A stretch of DNA of 40,754 bases from a virus. Where the stretch lies: UHGV virus genome UHGV-1474357; one strand, written 5' to 3'. Positions 8,072-16,368 of this stretch are shown here, piece by piece. A program made the translations under genes and the position numbers. The notes beneath the pieces were generated by a model. The model was not told where the DNA came from. It worked only from the letters and a program-made list of their open reading frames with translations, and made no database searches. The stretch's first letter is position 1. Every line of letters begins with the position of its first letter.

Positions 8072-8828
8072 TGAGTACGATCGCTTTCGTGGTGGGCATG
8101 ACCACTCGACGGCGGTTGCTTCTGCTGACGATGAAAGGGCAAAGAAGGAGCAGGTTGCAAGAATTTTCAACGAAATGTTTGTCCAGTTACAGGCTGCATT
8201 TCCAGGCAGCATCGCTGCTATCAGCGAGCAAGGAAAGCTAAACGAATTTCGAAAACAATGGATGCTTGCGTTTCTGGAGAATGGGATCACAACAATGGAA
8301 CAGGTTAACGCTGGTATGCGCCACGCCCGCGCCAGTGAATCTCCGTTCTGGCCGTCGCCTGGGCAATTCATCAAGTGGTGCAAAGACAGCAAGATGGTTC
8401 TTGGCGTCACCATTGACGATGTGATGGCGGAGTTTCACCGGTACAGCAAGGAAAAAAGTTTATATCCTGGTGGTCCCGAAAGATTCCCGTGGCGACATCC
8501 GGTTATGTACTGGGTCGTATGTGATACCCGCCGTGCAATGTATCAGCGCCAGCTTAGCGAGATTGAGGTTGAGAAACACGCGCGCAGGCTGCTCGATGAT
8601 TGGGCGAAAAAGGTGGCTTCCGGACAGCAGATACCCGATCCGGTGATCAGCATACAGGCAAAGCCAGAACCCATGAGTACACCTCCGGACACAGGGAGAG
8701 ACGTTTACCATCCACCAGGGCGAAGTTTCGGGTGCATGCCTAACGCCGCCACCCTTGGGGGAATAACACCGGCGCAGTGGCTGATGGAGGAATACAGGCG
8801 GGGAAAGGCGGCAGGATTTATCAAGTAA
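8046..8828 (+). CDS. Replication protein P-like (helicase loader family)
   Basis: 260 aa; start at ATG 8046 (GAGG SD) overlapping the end of the O-like gene; sequence character consistent with the lambda P family; follows the initiator. Confidence 0.65.
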   Translation: MKSTPELLNEYDRFRGGHDHSTAVASADDERAKKEQVARIFNEMFVQLQAAFPGSIAAISEQGKLNEFRKQWMLAFLENGITTMEQVNAGMRHARASESPFWPSPGQFIKWCKDSKMVLGVTIDDVMAEFHRYSKEKSLYPGGPERFPWRHPVMYWVVCDTRRAMYQRQLSEIEVEKHARRLLDDWAKKVASGQQIPDPVISIQAKPEPMSTPPDTGRDVYHPPGRSFGCMPNAATLGGITPAQWLMEEYRRGKAAGFIK

Positions 8829-8832
8829 TACC

Positions 8833-8856
8833 AGCGCGATAGCGCATTTTTTTACG
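8833..8856 (+). terminator. Weak intrinsic terminator after P-like gene
   Basis: Short GC stem (GCGC-GATA-GCGC) followed by 7 T; the stem is only 4 bp. Confidence 0.35.
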
Positions 8857-8865
8857 TCTCGATGA

Positions 8866-8880
8866 TTACCTGATGGGTAA
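8866..8880. promoter_or_regulatory. TTACC-N5-GGTAA dyad (TTACCTGATGGGTAA)
   Basis: Perfect arms; about 20 bp upstream of TTGATT -35-like hexamer (8900-8905). Confidence 0.45.
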
Positions 8881-8927
8881 TAAAATATTCTAAAATCTAT
8901 TGATTTAGTGTCTTGTGTGGTTTTTAA

Positions 8928-8942
8928 TTACCTCAGGGGTAA
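8928..8942. promoter_or_regulatory. TTACC-N5-GGTAA dyad (TTACCTCAGGGGTAA)
   Basis: Perfect arms; begins at the last base of the TTTAAT -10-like hexamer (8923-8928), 4 nt before ATG 8946. Confidence 0.45.
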
Positions 8943-8945
8943 ATC

Positions 8946-9290
8946 ATGAGAAAACAGATACAGGCTCTTGGTCGACTCAAAACAGGCCAGATGAACAAAA
9001 CAGAATCTGCGTATTGCCAGCACCTTGAGCAGCGTAAACGTGCAGGGGAAATCGCCTGGTATCGGTTCGAGGGTATCAAGCTGCGGTTAGCTGATAACAC
9101 GTTTTATACGCCCGATTTCGCTGTGATGCTCGCCACCGGAGAGATGGAACTGCACGAAGTGAAAGGTTTCTGGACCGACGACGCCAGAGTGAAAACCAAA
9201 GTCGCCGCAGATCAGTATCCGTTCCGAATAATCGGGGTAACGGTTAAACCAAAGAAAGCAGGTGGCGGCTGGAACATCGAAGAGTTCTGA
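8946..9290 (+). CDS. DUF1064-like small phage nuclease-fold protein (VRR-NUC-like), putative
   Basis: 114 aa with pattern KTESAYCQHLEQRKRAGEI...LHEVKG recalled as DUF1064-like; assignment by pattern recognition only. Confidence 0.55.
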   Translation: MRKQIQALGRLKTGQMNKTESAYCQHLEQRKRAGEIAWYRFEGIKLRLADNTFYTPDFAVMLATGEMELHEVKGFWTDDARVKTKVAADQYPFRIIGVTVKPKKAGGGWNIEEF

Positions 9291-9351
9291 ATCGACGATC
9301 TTTTTAGTTATCAATGTAATCAATAAGTTATGTGGATAAGCGAGGGTAAAG

Positions 9352-9789
9352 ATGGAAAGTAATATCAAAGGGTTAGTTGCCGCCGGGCATGAGATGGCTT
9401 CGGAACTGAAAGCAGAATGTGGTGCCGTTGATATGCGCAGTGTGGCAAAGCTGATCAGCGATTTGGCAACGCAACTGGAAGTGCAACTGGTGCGTGCTAA
9501 TGCGCTGGCGGCGGAGAATGCGCTGGCTCGTAAAGCAGTTCAGGCATTTTGCGATGTTGTTGGCGACAGCACCGAGGTTATCTGCGAGGAGATTGGGCGA
9601 GATGGCGTTCTGGTTATTTTGGAGGCAATGAAGGCAACAGGAAATATGCCAGCCACCGATGCTTTCCTGTCTGAAGTGCGGGCGCAGGGGGTAGAGATGA
9701 TGCGCGAACATCCATCAATCAAACTTTGTTCTTTGACGCACATATGTGATGAGTTAGCCGCCCAGCTTCGCAAAGGAGGCAGCCAGTGA
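9352..9789 (+). CDS. Hypothetical protein (145 aa)
   Basis: ORF with GAGGG SD; no recognised domain. Confidence 0.55.
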   Translation: MESNIKGLVAAGHEMASELKAECGAVDMRSVAKLISDLATQLEVQLVRANALAAENALARKAVQAFCDVVGDSTEVICEEIGRDGVLVILEAMKATGNMPATDAFLSEVRAQGVEMMREHPSIKLCSLTHICDELAAQLRKGGSQ

Positions 9790-10484
9790 GCGAAATTAAT
9801 TACCAGGCACTGCGTGAGGCGGCAGAGAAAGCAACGTGTGGCGAGTGGTCGCTCGAATATGGAGATGGCCGATTTGATGGTGATGATGCACTAATTCATC
9901 GTGAAGTTGCTGGATATATTCCCATTTGCAGAATTGAAGGAGCGCATCCAGAAAGCCGTTTCTATGAAGATTTCCAAATGGAGCAGCAGGCCAATGCTGA
10001 ATTCATCGCCGCAGCCAATCCAGCTACCGTGCTGGCACTGCTGGATGAACGGGAAAGAAACCTGCAATACATCAAAAGCCGCGATCAGGAGAACGAGGAT
10101 ATTGCGCTTACGGTTGGGAAGCTGAGAGTTGAGCTTGAGGAGACAAAATCAAAACTCAACGAGCAGCGTGAGTATTACGAAGGTGTTATCTCGGATGGGA
10201 GTAAGCGCATTGCTGAACTAGAGGAGCGGGAAATAAAACCAGCCAAAGGTGAAGTTCTGGTCGTTGTATCTGGTTTTACTGGTTGCGGAAAAAGCGCCAT
10301 TGCCGGGGAAATAGAAATCGCGATGAAGGCTATTGGTGTACCGGTTAAGTGGACTAATGGCGATGCAGAAAAGCGCATGACTGGCGCTGACTGGCTGACT
10401 GCGATTGAGATGTACAAACCAACTGTGCGCATCGTGGAAGTTAATGTGCCACGCGCCCCTGGCATTCGCATCAAAGGAGAGTGA
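9786..10484 (+). CDS. Ead/Ea22-like protein with coiled-coil centre and C-terminal Walker-A-like motif
   Basis: GTG start overlapping previous stop; N-terminal CGEWSLEY motif typical of Ea22-like proteins; C-terminal GFTGCGKS (GxxGxGKS). Confidence 0.6.
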   Translation: MSEINYQALREAAEKATCGEWSLEYGDGRFDGDDALIHREVAGYIPICRIEGAHPESRFYEDFQMEQQANAEFIAAANPATVLALLDERERNLQYIKSRDQENEDIALTVGKLRVELEETKSKLNEQREYYEGVISDGSKRIAELEEREIKPAKGEVLVVVSGFTGCGKSAIAGEIEIAMKAIGVPVKWTNGDAEKRMTGADWLTAIEMYKPTVRIVEVNVPRAPGIRIKGE

Positions 10485-10485
10485 G

Positions 10486-10677
10486 ATGAACGGACAAATC
10501 TCAATTGTTCGGCCGGGAGCATGTGACGATCGCGAGATACGAATGATTATTCGTCTGGCGATGGGGAAAACAATAACGGCTCTCATTACTCCAGAAAATC
10601 TCGCATTAGCATTAACCGGAAAGTCAGACCTGCCAGTAGAGCTAAAGCTGCGAAATGTTGAGATTAAGGTGAAATAG
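10486..10677 (+). CDS. Hypothetical small protein (63 aa)
   Basis: ATG 10486 two nt after previous stop with AAAGGAGAG SD. Confidence 0.5.
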   Translation: MNGQISIVRPGACDDREIRMIIRLAMGKTITALITPENLALALTGKSDLPVELKLRNVEIKVK

Positions 10678-10679
10678 CT

Positions 10680-11867
10680 ATGACCACTATTACCAAAGAA
10701 CGTATCGAATTATTCATTAAAAATCCGCTTGATAACGGGCTTACCCGTGGCGAACAAATGGAAGTGGCACGAATTGCACTGGCATCGCTTGAGACAAAAC
10801 CAATAGGTGCATTCCACATTGCTGAACAGCAAGTTGACGGCACAAGTGACTACATCAAGGATGGAGAGTGGCCTATTGATAATGGGATTATTGAAGTCTA
10901 CGCCGCTCCGCCAGTACCGGTAGTACCTGCTGCATTACCTGAGAACGACGATGAGGACGGGCATGACATTGATTATCTTGAGCCATCTGAAGTTTACGCG
11001 CTTGGGCGAACAGCTGGATGGAACGCCTGCCGCGCCGCCATGCTTCAGTCCGGAAACTTTCGGGAAAACAAGAATTCGTCAACCAATAATTTTCGGGAAA
11101 TCGCGGAAACGTCAACCAACTATCCGGTAATTCCTAGTGAGGTGTTGTCCGCAATCCTGAAGGTTGCCAAGATTCGTGCCGATTTCGATGATTTTGACGG
11201 TGACAGGCGAGGTATCGGTGATTGTCTGGATGAGGCTGAGCAAGAGCTTATCGTTACCATTAACAAATATGCCAGTCAGTTGGCAGCAGAACCGATAGCG
11301 ACTAATGACGTTCGAGAGCAAACAGCCGTTCCGCCAGTTCCTGTAATACAGGCTGATGTCGCGCAGGCAATTGAAAAACTCAAACGGAAATTAGTGGAAT
11401 GCAATCGCTATAACTACTGCGCAGATGCAGTTAAGGGCGTTGAGTATGCCTGCCACGCTGCCATGCTTCAGGGTAGCCAACCTGTAAGCCAAACTTACAA
11501 GTTTCCAGTTAATACACCTTGCCAGGATGCGCCAGCCCATATCTGGCTGCAAACAGCTGGAGTATGGCCAGAAGATGGCGAGTTAAGCGAATTAACGTGG
11601 TGCAGCCACAATCAGCACCATGATGACACGCTATATGTTCGAGCTGACTTGGTAAATGGCAATTCTCCGGGAACTCCGGATGGTTGGATAAGCTGTAGTG
11701 AGCGAATGCCGAACGACGCGCAGTGGTGCGTAGTGAACACAGAATACGGGTATTACGTGCAATGCTGGTCTGAAGGTCAAGGGTGGCTTGGTGATGATAT
11801 CAGCATACCTGAATGCGATGTAATCAATTGGATGCCGCTACCAGAACCGCCGCAGGAGGCGAAATGA
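10680..11867 (+). CDS. Hypothetical protein with C-terminal DUF551-like domain
   Basis: 395 aa; C-terminal WISCSERMPNDAQWCVV...GQGWLGDD...NWMPLPEPP resembles DUF551 of prophage proteins; internal duplicated segment (AGWNACRAAMLQSG / YACHAAMLQGS). Confidence 0.65.
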   Translation: MTTITKERIELFIKNPLDNGLTRGEQMEVARIALASLETKPIGAFHIAEQQVDGTSDYIKDGEWPIDNGIIEVYAAPPVPVVPAALPENDDEDGHDIDYLEPSEVYALGRTAGWNACRAAMLQSGNFRENKNSSTNNFREIAETSTNYPVIPSEVLSAILKVAKIRADFDDFDGDRRGIGDCLDEAEQELIVTINKYASQLAAEPIATNDVREQTAVPPVPVIQADVAQAIEKLKRKLVECNRYNYCADAVKGVEYACHAAMLQGSQPVSQTYKFPVNTPCQDAPAHIWLQTAGVWPEDGELSELTWCSHNQHHDDTLYVRADLVNGNSPGTPDGWISCSERMPNDAQWCVVNTEYGYYVQCWSEGQGWLGDDISIPECDVINWMPLPEPPQEAK

Positions 11868-12124
11868 TGGATGTAAAAGAGAAGGTTTTGCAGGTGATGC
11901 GTTCCCGGGCTGCCCTGCAAGATAAAGCTCTCGGCGGGGAATATCCATTCAGGATGGCAACCTGGAATCTGCGGTTGGCAATGGAGAAGGAATTTCCTGA
12001 TGAAGAATGGCGTTCGGCGGATTTGCGCAAAATTCTTATGGAGCTGGCTAAAGACGGAACAGTATCCAAAGATACCCATGCCAGCCGGATTGGTCAGGCG
12101 GTATGGAGACTGGAGGTGAGGTAA
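11864..12124 (+). CDS. Hypothetical protein (86 aa)
   Basis: ATG 11864 overlaps the previous stop (ATGA), GGAGG SD at correct spacing. Confidence 0.6.
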   Translation: MMDVKEKVLQVMRSRAALQDKALGGEYPFRMATWNLRLAMEKEFPDEEWRSADLRKILMELAKDGTVSKDTHASRIGQAVWRLEVR

Positions 12125-12161
12125 TGGCTAACCTGCAACTTGCCGTCAAAGGTGAAAAGAT

Positions 12162-12350
12162 TTGAGGATTCGCATCATTAATAACACCGACAAGCATCCG
12201 GAAGATTATTTGGATTGCTCGTTAGCAGAGTGCGGTATTTCCGTATGGGATGAGTTCGATGTGATGCGTAAAACCGCTTACGGCTATGTCGTAATTCATA
12301 ACGGAGAAGAATTATTTGTTCGTCGGTCAGAATGCGTGGAATTGATATAA
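12162..12350 (+). CDS. Hypothetical small protein (62 aa, TTG start)
   Basis: ORF with AAGGTGA upstream; non-ATG start lowers confidence. Confidence 0.35.
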   Translation: MRIRIINNTDKHPEDYLDCSLAECGISVWDEFDVMRKTAYGYVVIHNGEELFVRRSECVELI

Positions 12351-12410
12351 GAGAATCTCCGCACATCGGCAACACACAGCTAAATATGTTCGCGATAAAG
12401 GTAAATATTG

Positions 12411-12749
12411 ATGGCTAAATCAGCAGCAGAGCGCAAAGCCGCTCAGAGAGCCAGACAAGCTGCATCTGGTGTGCGTAAGCTGGAAATTGTGCTTGATGCT
12501 CAGGAAATTGAAATGCTGGAGCGTAGCTGTGCCACGCGTCGCCCCGGGCGTGCGCCTTACGAATTTGGTGAGTATATTGCGTTACTGATCCGCCAGGATG
12601 ATGCACGCGTGCGCGGGCGTATAAAATCGATCAGCAGAAAACGTTGCGGTAAGTGTGGCGAGAGAGTTCCTGTGAATTCATGCCCGTGTAATGGTGACTC
12701 GCAATGCTGGGTGACCAAAGGCTGGCATGAAACGAAATTAATATTGTGA
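12411..12749 (+). CDS. Small zinc-ribbon protein (C-x2-C...C-x-C), possible late-gene regulator
   Basis: 112 aa; C-terminal CGKCGERVPVNSCPCNG; last gene before the terminase cassette. Confidence 0.5.
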   Translation: MAKSAAERKAAQRARQAASGVRKLEIVLDAQEIEMLERSCATRRPGRAPYEFGEYIALLIRQDDARVRGRIKSISRKRCGKCGERVPVNSCPCNGDSQCWVTKGWHETKLIL

Positions 12750-12755
12750 CATGTC
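12741..12755. repeat. 15-bp repeat TTGTGACATGTCACG (copy 1), contains perfect palindrome GTGACATGTCAC
   Basis: Exact 15-bp match to 15008-15022; the two copies bracket the terminase genes. Confidence 0.6.
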
Positions 12756-12798
12756 ACGAGTGGGTTATGCATGATGAATTTGATGGGCTTTGAATACT

Positions 12799-12824
12799 GC
12801 CGCCAACTATGGCGGCTTTATTTT
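12799..12824 (+). terminator. Intrinsic terminator immediately upstream of terminase small subunit
   Basis: Hairpin GCCGCC-AACTAT-GGCGGC followed by TTTATTTT. Confidence 0.65.
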
Positions 12825-12867
12825 GCATGGTACTATTACCACAACGGTAACTATTACCACGGTGGTT

Positions 12868-13464
12868 ATGATGCCTGCTGAACCTAAAACCTATAAACGC
12901 AAATCAACGCAATTTAAGCCACTAACAGCAATGCAGGAGGCTTATTGCCAGTCATACATCAAAACTCCTGAAAACCAGACTCAGGCAGCGATTAACGCAG
13001 GATTCTCCCCAAATACAGCGGCAGTTAAAGCCAGTGTCATGATGCGCGATGAACGCATTCAAAAACGCATTGCCGAGTTGATGGAGGAGCGCAACAAACG
13101 AATGCGTGTCAGTGCTGATTACGTTCTCATGCGCCTGGTGGAGATCGACCAGATGGACGTGATCGACATCCTCAACGACGATGGGAGCCTTAAACCAATC
13201 CGTGAGTGGCCGAAAATCTGGCGCACTACGCTTAGTGGCTTTGATCTGTCATCGACCATCATGAACATGAACGAGGATTCAATAGAGACAATCCTCAAAA
13301 AAATTAAATGGCCTGACAAGGTGAAGAACCTTGAGCTGATTGGTAAGCATGTTGATGTCAACGCATTCAAAGAACGTCTGGATGTTAATGTGAATGTGAC
13401 AATTGCTGATCGCATAGCAGCAGCCAGGAAGCGACTCAAAGAACGTCAGGATGGTAATCAGTGA
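12868..13464 (+). CDS. Terminase small subunit
   Basis: 198 aa from ATG 12868; position immediately upstream of and overlapping the large terminase (GTGA); helix-rich N-terminal region typical of TerS. Confidence 0.65.
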   Translation: MMPAEPKTYKRKSTQFKPLTAMQEAYCQSYIKTPENQTQAAINAGFSPNTAAVKASVMMRDERIQKRIAELMEERNKRMRVSADYVLMRLVEIDQMDVIDILNDDGSLKPIREWPKIWRTTLSGFDLSSTIMNMNEDSIETILKKIKWPDKVKNLELIGKHVDVNAFKERLDVNVNVTIADRIAAARKRLKERQDGNQ

Positions 13465-14936
13465 CAGATACAGCGTTATCTCCTGAAGAGCAGTTAATCG
13501 AGGATATTGCAGGGTTCACTCACGATCCGCTTGGCTATGCCCTCTATGCGTTCCCGTGGGGGGAAGATGGGACTGAACTGGCACATGCCACCGGTCCACG
13601 TCAGTGGCAGGCTGATGCGTTCCGAGAGATACGTGATCACCTGCAGAATCCAGAGACGCGCTATCAGCCGCTTATGCTGGCACGCGCTTCGGGTCACGGT
13701 ATTGGTAAATCCGCATTCATCTCAATGCTGATCAACTGGGGCATGTCCACTTGCGAGGATTGTAAGGTTGTGGTGACCGCCAACACCGACAACCAGCTAC
13801 GAACGAAGACCTGGCCGGAAATTATCAAGTGGTCGAACCTTGCTATCACGAAAGACTGGTTTACCTGTACCGCTACCGCGATGTACAGCAATGATCCTGG
13901 ACACGACAAGCGGTGGCGAGCTGACGCAATACCCTGGTCTGAGCACAACACTGAGGCATTCGCCGGACTACACAACGAGCGCAAACGCATCATCGTGGTA
14001 TTCGATGAAGCGTCGAACATTGCGGATCTGGTGTGGGAAGTTGCCGAGGGTGCACTAACGGACGAAGACACTGAGATTATCTGGGTGGCGTTCGGAAACC
14101 CGACGCGTAATACCGGACGTTTCCGCGAATGTTTCCGCAAATATAAACACCGCTGGAAAACTGCGCAGATTGACAGCCGAACGGTGGAAGGCACTAACAA
14201 ACAGCAGTTGCAGAAATGGGTTGATGACTACGGGGAAGACAGCGACTTCGTTAAAATCCGTGTGCGCGGCATATTCCCTGATGCATCTGAATTGCAGTTT
14301 ATCCCTACCGGTCTTACTGACGAGGCAATGAAACGGGTGGTAACCGCTGCGCAGGTGGCACATGCTCCGGTGATAATCGGCGTTGACCCGGCATACTCCG
14401 GCGTTGATGACGCGGTGATATACCTGCGGCAGGGGCTACACAGTAAGGTGCTGTGGACTGGCAACAAGACTACCGACGATCTGATTATGGCGAAGCGTAT
14501 CGCTGACTTTGAAGACCAGTATCAGGCTGACGCGGTGTTCATCGACTTCGGTTACGGAACCGGTTTGAAGTCAATCGGTGATGGCTGGGGTCGTACATGG
14601 CAACTTGTTCCGTTCGGTGGCGCGTCTACTGACCCGCAGATGCTCAACAAGCGTGGGGAGATGTTCAACTCATGCAAGACATGGCTGAGGCTGGGCGGCA
14701 TGCTGGATGACCAGGAAACAGCGGACGACCTGTCTGCGGCAGAGTACAAAGTTCGAGTGGACGGTAAAATCGTTATCGAACCGAAGGAAGATATCAAGGA
14801 GCGGCTTGGGCGTTCTCCTGGTAAAGGCGATGCGCTACTGCTGACGTTTGCGTTCCCTGTGTCGAAGCGTCTGCGAATTCCCGGGCAGCAGAACCAGCAA
14901 GGCAAGGCCATCACAGATTACGATCCATATGCTTAA
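13461..14936 (+). CDS. Terminase large subunit
   Basis: 491 aa; Walker-A-like region (LARASGHGIGKSAF), DEAS-type Walker B (VVFDEASNI) and C-terminal nuclease-like region; GTG start overlapping TerS stop. Confidence 0.88.
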   Translation: MTDTALSPEEQLIEDIAGFTHDPLGYALYAFPWGEDGTELAHATGPRQWQADAFREIRDHLQNPETRYQPLMLARASGHGIGKSAFISMLINWGMSTCEDCKVVVTANTDNQLRTKTWPEIIKWSNLAITKDWFTCTATAMYSNDPGHDKRWRADAIPWSEHNTEAFAGLHNERKRIIVVFDEASNIADLVWEVAEGALTDEDTEIIWVAFGNPTRNTGRFRECFRKYKHRWKTAQIDSRTVEGTNKQQLQKWVDDYGEDSDFVKIRVRGIFPDASELQFIPTGLTDEAMKRVVTAAQVAHAPVIIGVDPAYSGVDDAVIYLRQGLHSKVLWTGNKTTDDLIMAKRIADFEDQYQADAVFIDFGYGTGLKSIGDGWGRTWQLVPFGGASTDPQMLNKRGEMFNSCKTWLRLGGMLDDQETADDLSAAEYKVRVDGKIVIEPKEDIKERLGRSPGKGDALLLTFAFPVSKRLRIPGQQNQQGKAITDYDPYA

Positions 14937-14986
14937 TCCGCTGGTGGGGATAATGTCGTTGATATCCTCTGATGAGGATAAAACAA

Positions 14987-15010
14987 AGCCAGCTCATCGG
15001 CTGGCTGTTT
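14987..15010 (+). terminator. Hairpin with short T-run after terminase large subunit
   Basis: AGCCAGC-TCATC-GGCTGGCT followed by GTTT; weak T-run. Confidence 0.4.
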
Positions 15011-15022
15011 GTGACATGTCAC
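15008..15022. repeat. 15-bp repeat TTGTGACATGTCACG (copy 2)
   Basis: Exact match to 12741-12755; lies between convergent terL and the minus-strand orphan gene. Confidence 0.6.
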
Positions 15023-15026
15023 GGTG

Positions 15027-15446
15027 TTACTTAATGGCATTAAATCCAGCGTTGATGGCTTCCGCAATATTGATGGCACTTGTTTTATCGAAGTGCCCAT
15101 TCTGAATAAGCGCCGCATGCAGGCATTGTAACTTCATGTTGTATAAGTGTTCGCTCATGTAATCATTATCACTTTTTGCTTTAGCGTAAACAGCGCGAGA
15201 AATATCAAAAACATCGCCTTTTTCCATTTCAGAACGTTGTGCTGTTATCCAGTCATGGAACGTAACGCTAGTACCATGGTCTTCGCTAAGAGTTAACCCG
15301 GCCAGTCCCTCACTCTGAATTACTTCGTAATGCATTTCATTACCAGCAAAAACGCCATAAAAAATGCAGTCTTCAGCCTGAACGATACGAGAATATTTTA
15401 ATGGCCATTCATTTAGATACTTAGCCAACATATCAATTGTCTTCAT
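15027..15446 (-). CDS. Hypothetical protein (139 aa), orphan minus-strand gene inside the late region
   Basis: Strong SD AAGGTGAG before ATG 15446; opposite orientation to all flanking late genes; no recognised domain. Confidence 0.6.
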   Translation of the reverse strand: MKTIDMLAKYLNEWPLKYSRIVQAEDCIFYGVFAGNEMHYEVIQSEGLAGLTLSEDHGTSVTFHDWITAQRSEMEKGDVFDISRAVYAKAKSDNDYMSEHLYNMKLQCLHAALIQNGHFDKTSAINIAEAINAGFNAIK

Positions 15447-15455
15447 GATCTCACC

Positions 15456-15481
15456 TTAAAAAATGCCCGGCGAACCGGGCG
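15456..15481 (-). terminator. Intrinsic terminator 10 nt upstream of the orphan gene SD
   Basis: Minus-strand hairpin GCCCGG-TTCG-CCGGGC followed by ATTTTTTAA. Confidence 0.55.
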
Positions 15482-15555
15482 AACTGGAAGCAATGAGTTA
15501 TGCCTTCCGTGGCTGTACGGGTTTACAGCATGAAGTCATCGCAATGGCGTCCTGC

Positions 15556-15600
15556 TGTAAAAAGGGCGGTGATAGTCCTTCAAGGGAAACTATCACCGCC
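15556..15600 (-). terminator. Intrinsic terminator downstream of tRNA-Arg
   Basis: 12-bp stem (GGCGGTGATAGT / ACTATCACCGCC) followed on the minus strand by CTTTTTAC. Confidence 0.6.
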
Positions 15601-15643
15601 AAGCACCTGGAACTTCTGGCATCACGGTCCTTAGGCGTGATTC

Positions 15644-15720
15644 TGGCGTGGCATGCAGGATTCGAACCTGCGACCAACCGCTTAGAAGGCGGTTGCTCTG
15701 TCCGACTGAGCTAATGCCAC
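15644..15720 (-). tRNA. tRNA-Arg (anticodon UCU), argU-like, CCA encoded
   Basis: Minus-strand sequence GTGGCAT-TA-GCTC-AGTCGGACA-GAGC-A-ACCGC-CTTCTAA-GCGGT-TGGTC-GCAGG-TTCGAAT-CCTGC-ATGCCAC-G-CCA folds as a canonical cloverleaf with all four stems Watson-Crick paired; anticodon loop CU-UCU-AA. Confidence 0.9.
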
Positions 15721-16042
15721 AACGCTGAGAGCACTTAGCCTGTTAAGGCGCCACACTTTGTCGCGGCTCCATAAATGCTCTCATCGTTGTACCCTCGTCT
15801 CTTCCGAGGTGTCACACCGAATCGCCGGGATGGTGAATCCCCGTGCGCGGAATAAAACCGCTCGACTTGCACATTCCGGCTACCTGGTTCGTTTGCCCGA
15901 GCAAGGGAGGGTGCCCCTTAAACGTATCCAGACAGCTATCGGCGCATGTGCCATACACCGTACTGCTCAAAATAAAAGCTCACCCCACCTGTTCAATTTA
16001 ACGACAAGCCAGTCAGGTTAATAACCGGAATGAACTCTTTGC

Positions 16043-16057
16043 TTACCTGAAGGGTAA
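16043..16057. promoter_or_regulatory. TTACC-N5-GGTAA dyad (TTACCTGAAGGGTAA)
   Basis: Perfect arms; about 90 bp upstream of the small gene preceding the portal. Confidence 0.4.
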
Positions 16058-16147
16058 TAATTCGTGCGTTAAATGTCAACTGTCTACGATAAATAAATCA
16101 TATGTGGTTAAATTGGTAATAATTTAATTGCGTACGGAGTCATTGAT

Positions 16148-16354
16148 ATGTGCATGGGTAGCTCACCATCAGTGCCTGCAACACCAGAAGTTCAGGCAGC
16201 ACCACAGGAGCAGGATGCCGCCGTTGTTGATGCCCGCGACGAAGAAACACGTCGCCGTCGCGCTGCTGCTGGTCGTAGTTCTACGCTGCTTACCGGTTCT
16301 CAGGGCGACACATCAACCGCTAATACCAGCGGTAAAACGCTGCTTGGTCAGTAA
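16148..16354 (+). CDS. Hypothetical small protein (68 aa) upstream of portal
   Basis: GGAG SD before ATG 16148; low-complexity Arg/Ala/Thr-rich product; co-oriented with portal. Confidence 0.4.
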   Translation: MCMGSSPSVPATPEVQAAPQEQDAAVVDARDEETRRRRAAAGRSSTLLTGSQGDTSTANTSGKTLLGQ

Positions 16355-16368
16355 CCGGAGTCATTGAA

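Noticed and set aside
12790-12867. N-terminal extension of the terminase small subunit ORF starting at 12790
   Set aside because: The extension spans an intrinsic terminator and a direct repeat and encodes low-complexity TITTTVTITT; the ATG at 12868 is the more plausible start.
15513-15528. CTGT-N8-ACAG match (CTGTACGGGTTTACAG) between the two terminators upstream of the orphan gene
   Set aside because: The spacer is GC-rich and the half-sites deviate from the CTGTAT consensus; likely a chance match rather than a LexA box.
15758-16021. 87-aa plus-strand ORF, and a search for a second tRNA, in the non-coding stretch next to tRNA-Arg
   Set aside because: No start context for the ORF; no cloverleaf could be drawn on either strand (no acceptor/T-arm pairing), so no additional tRNA is called.
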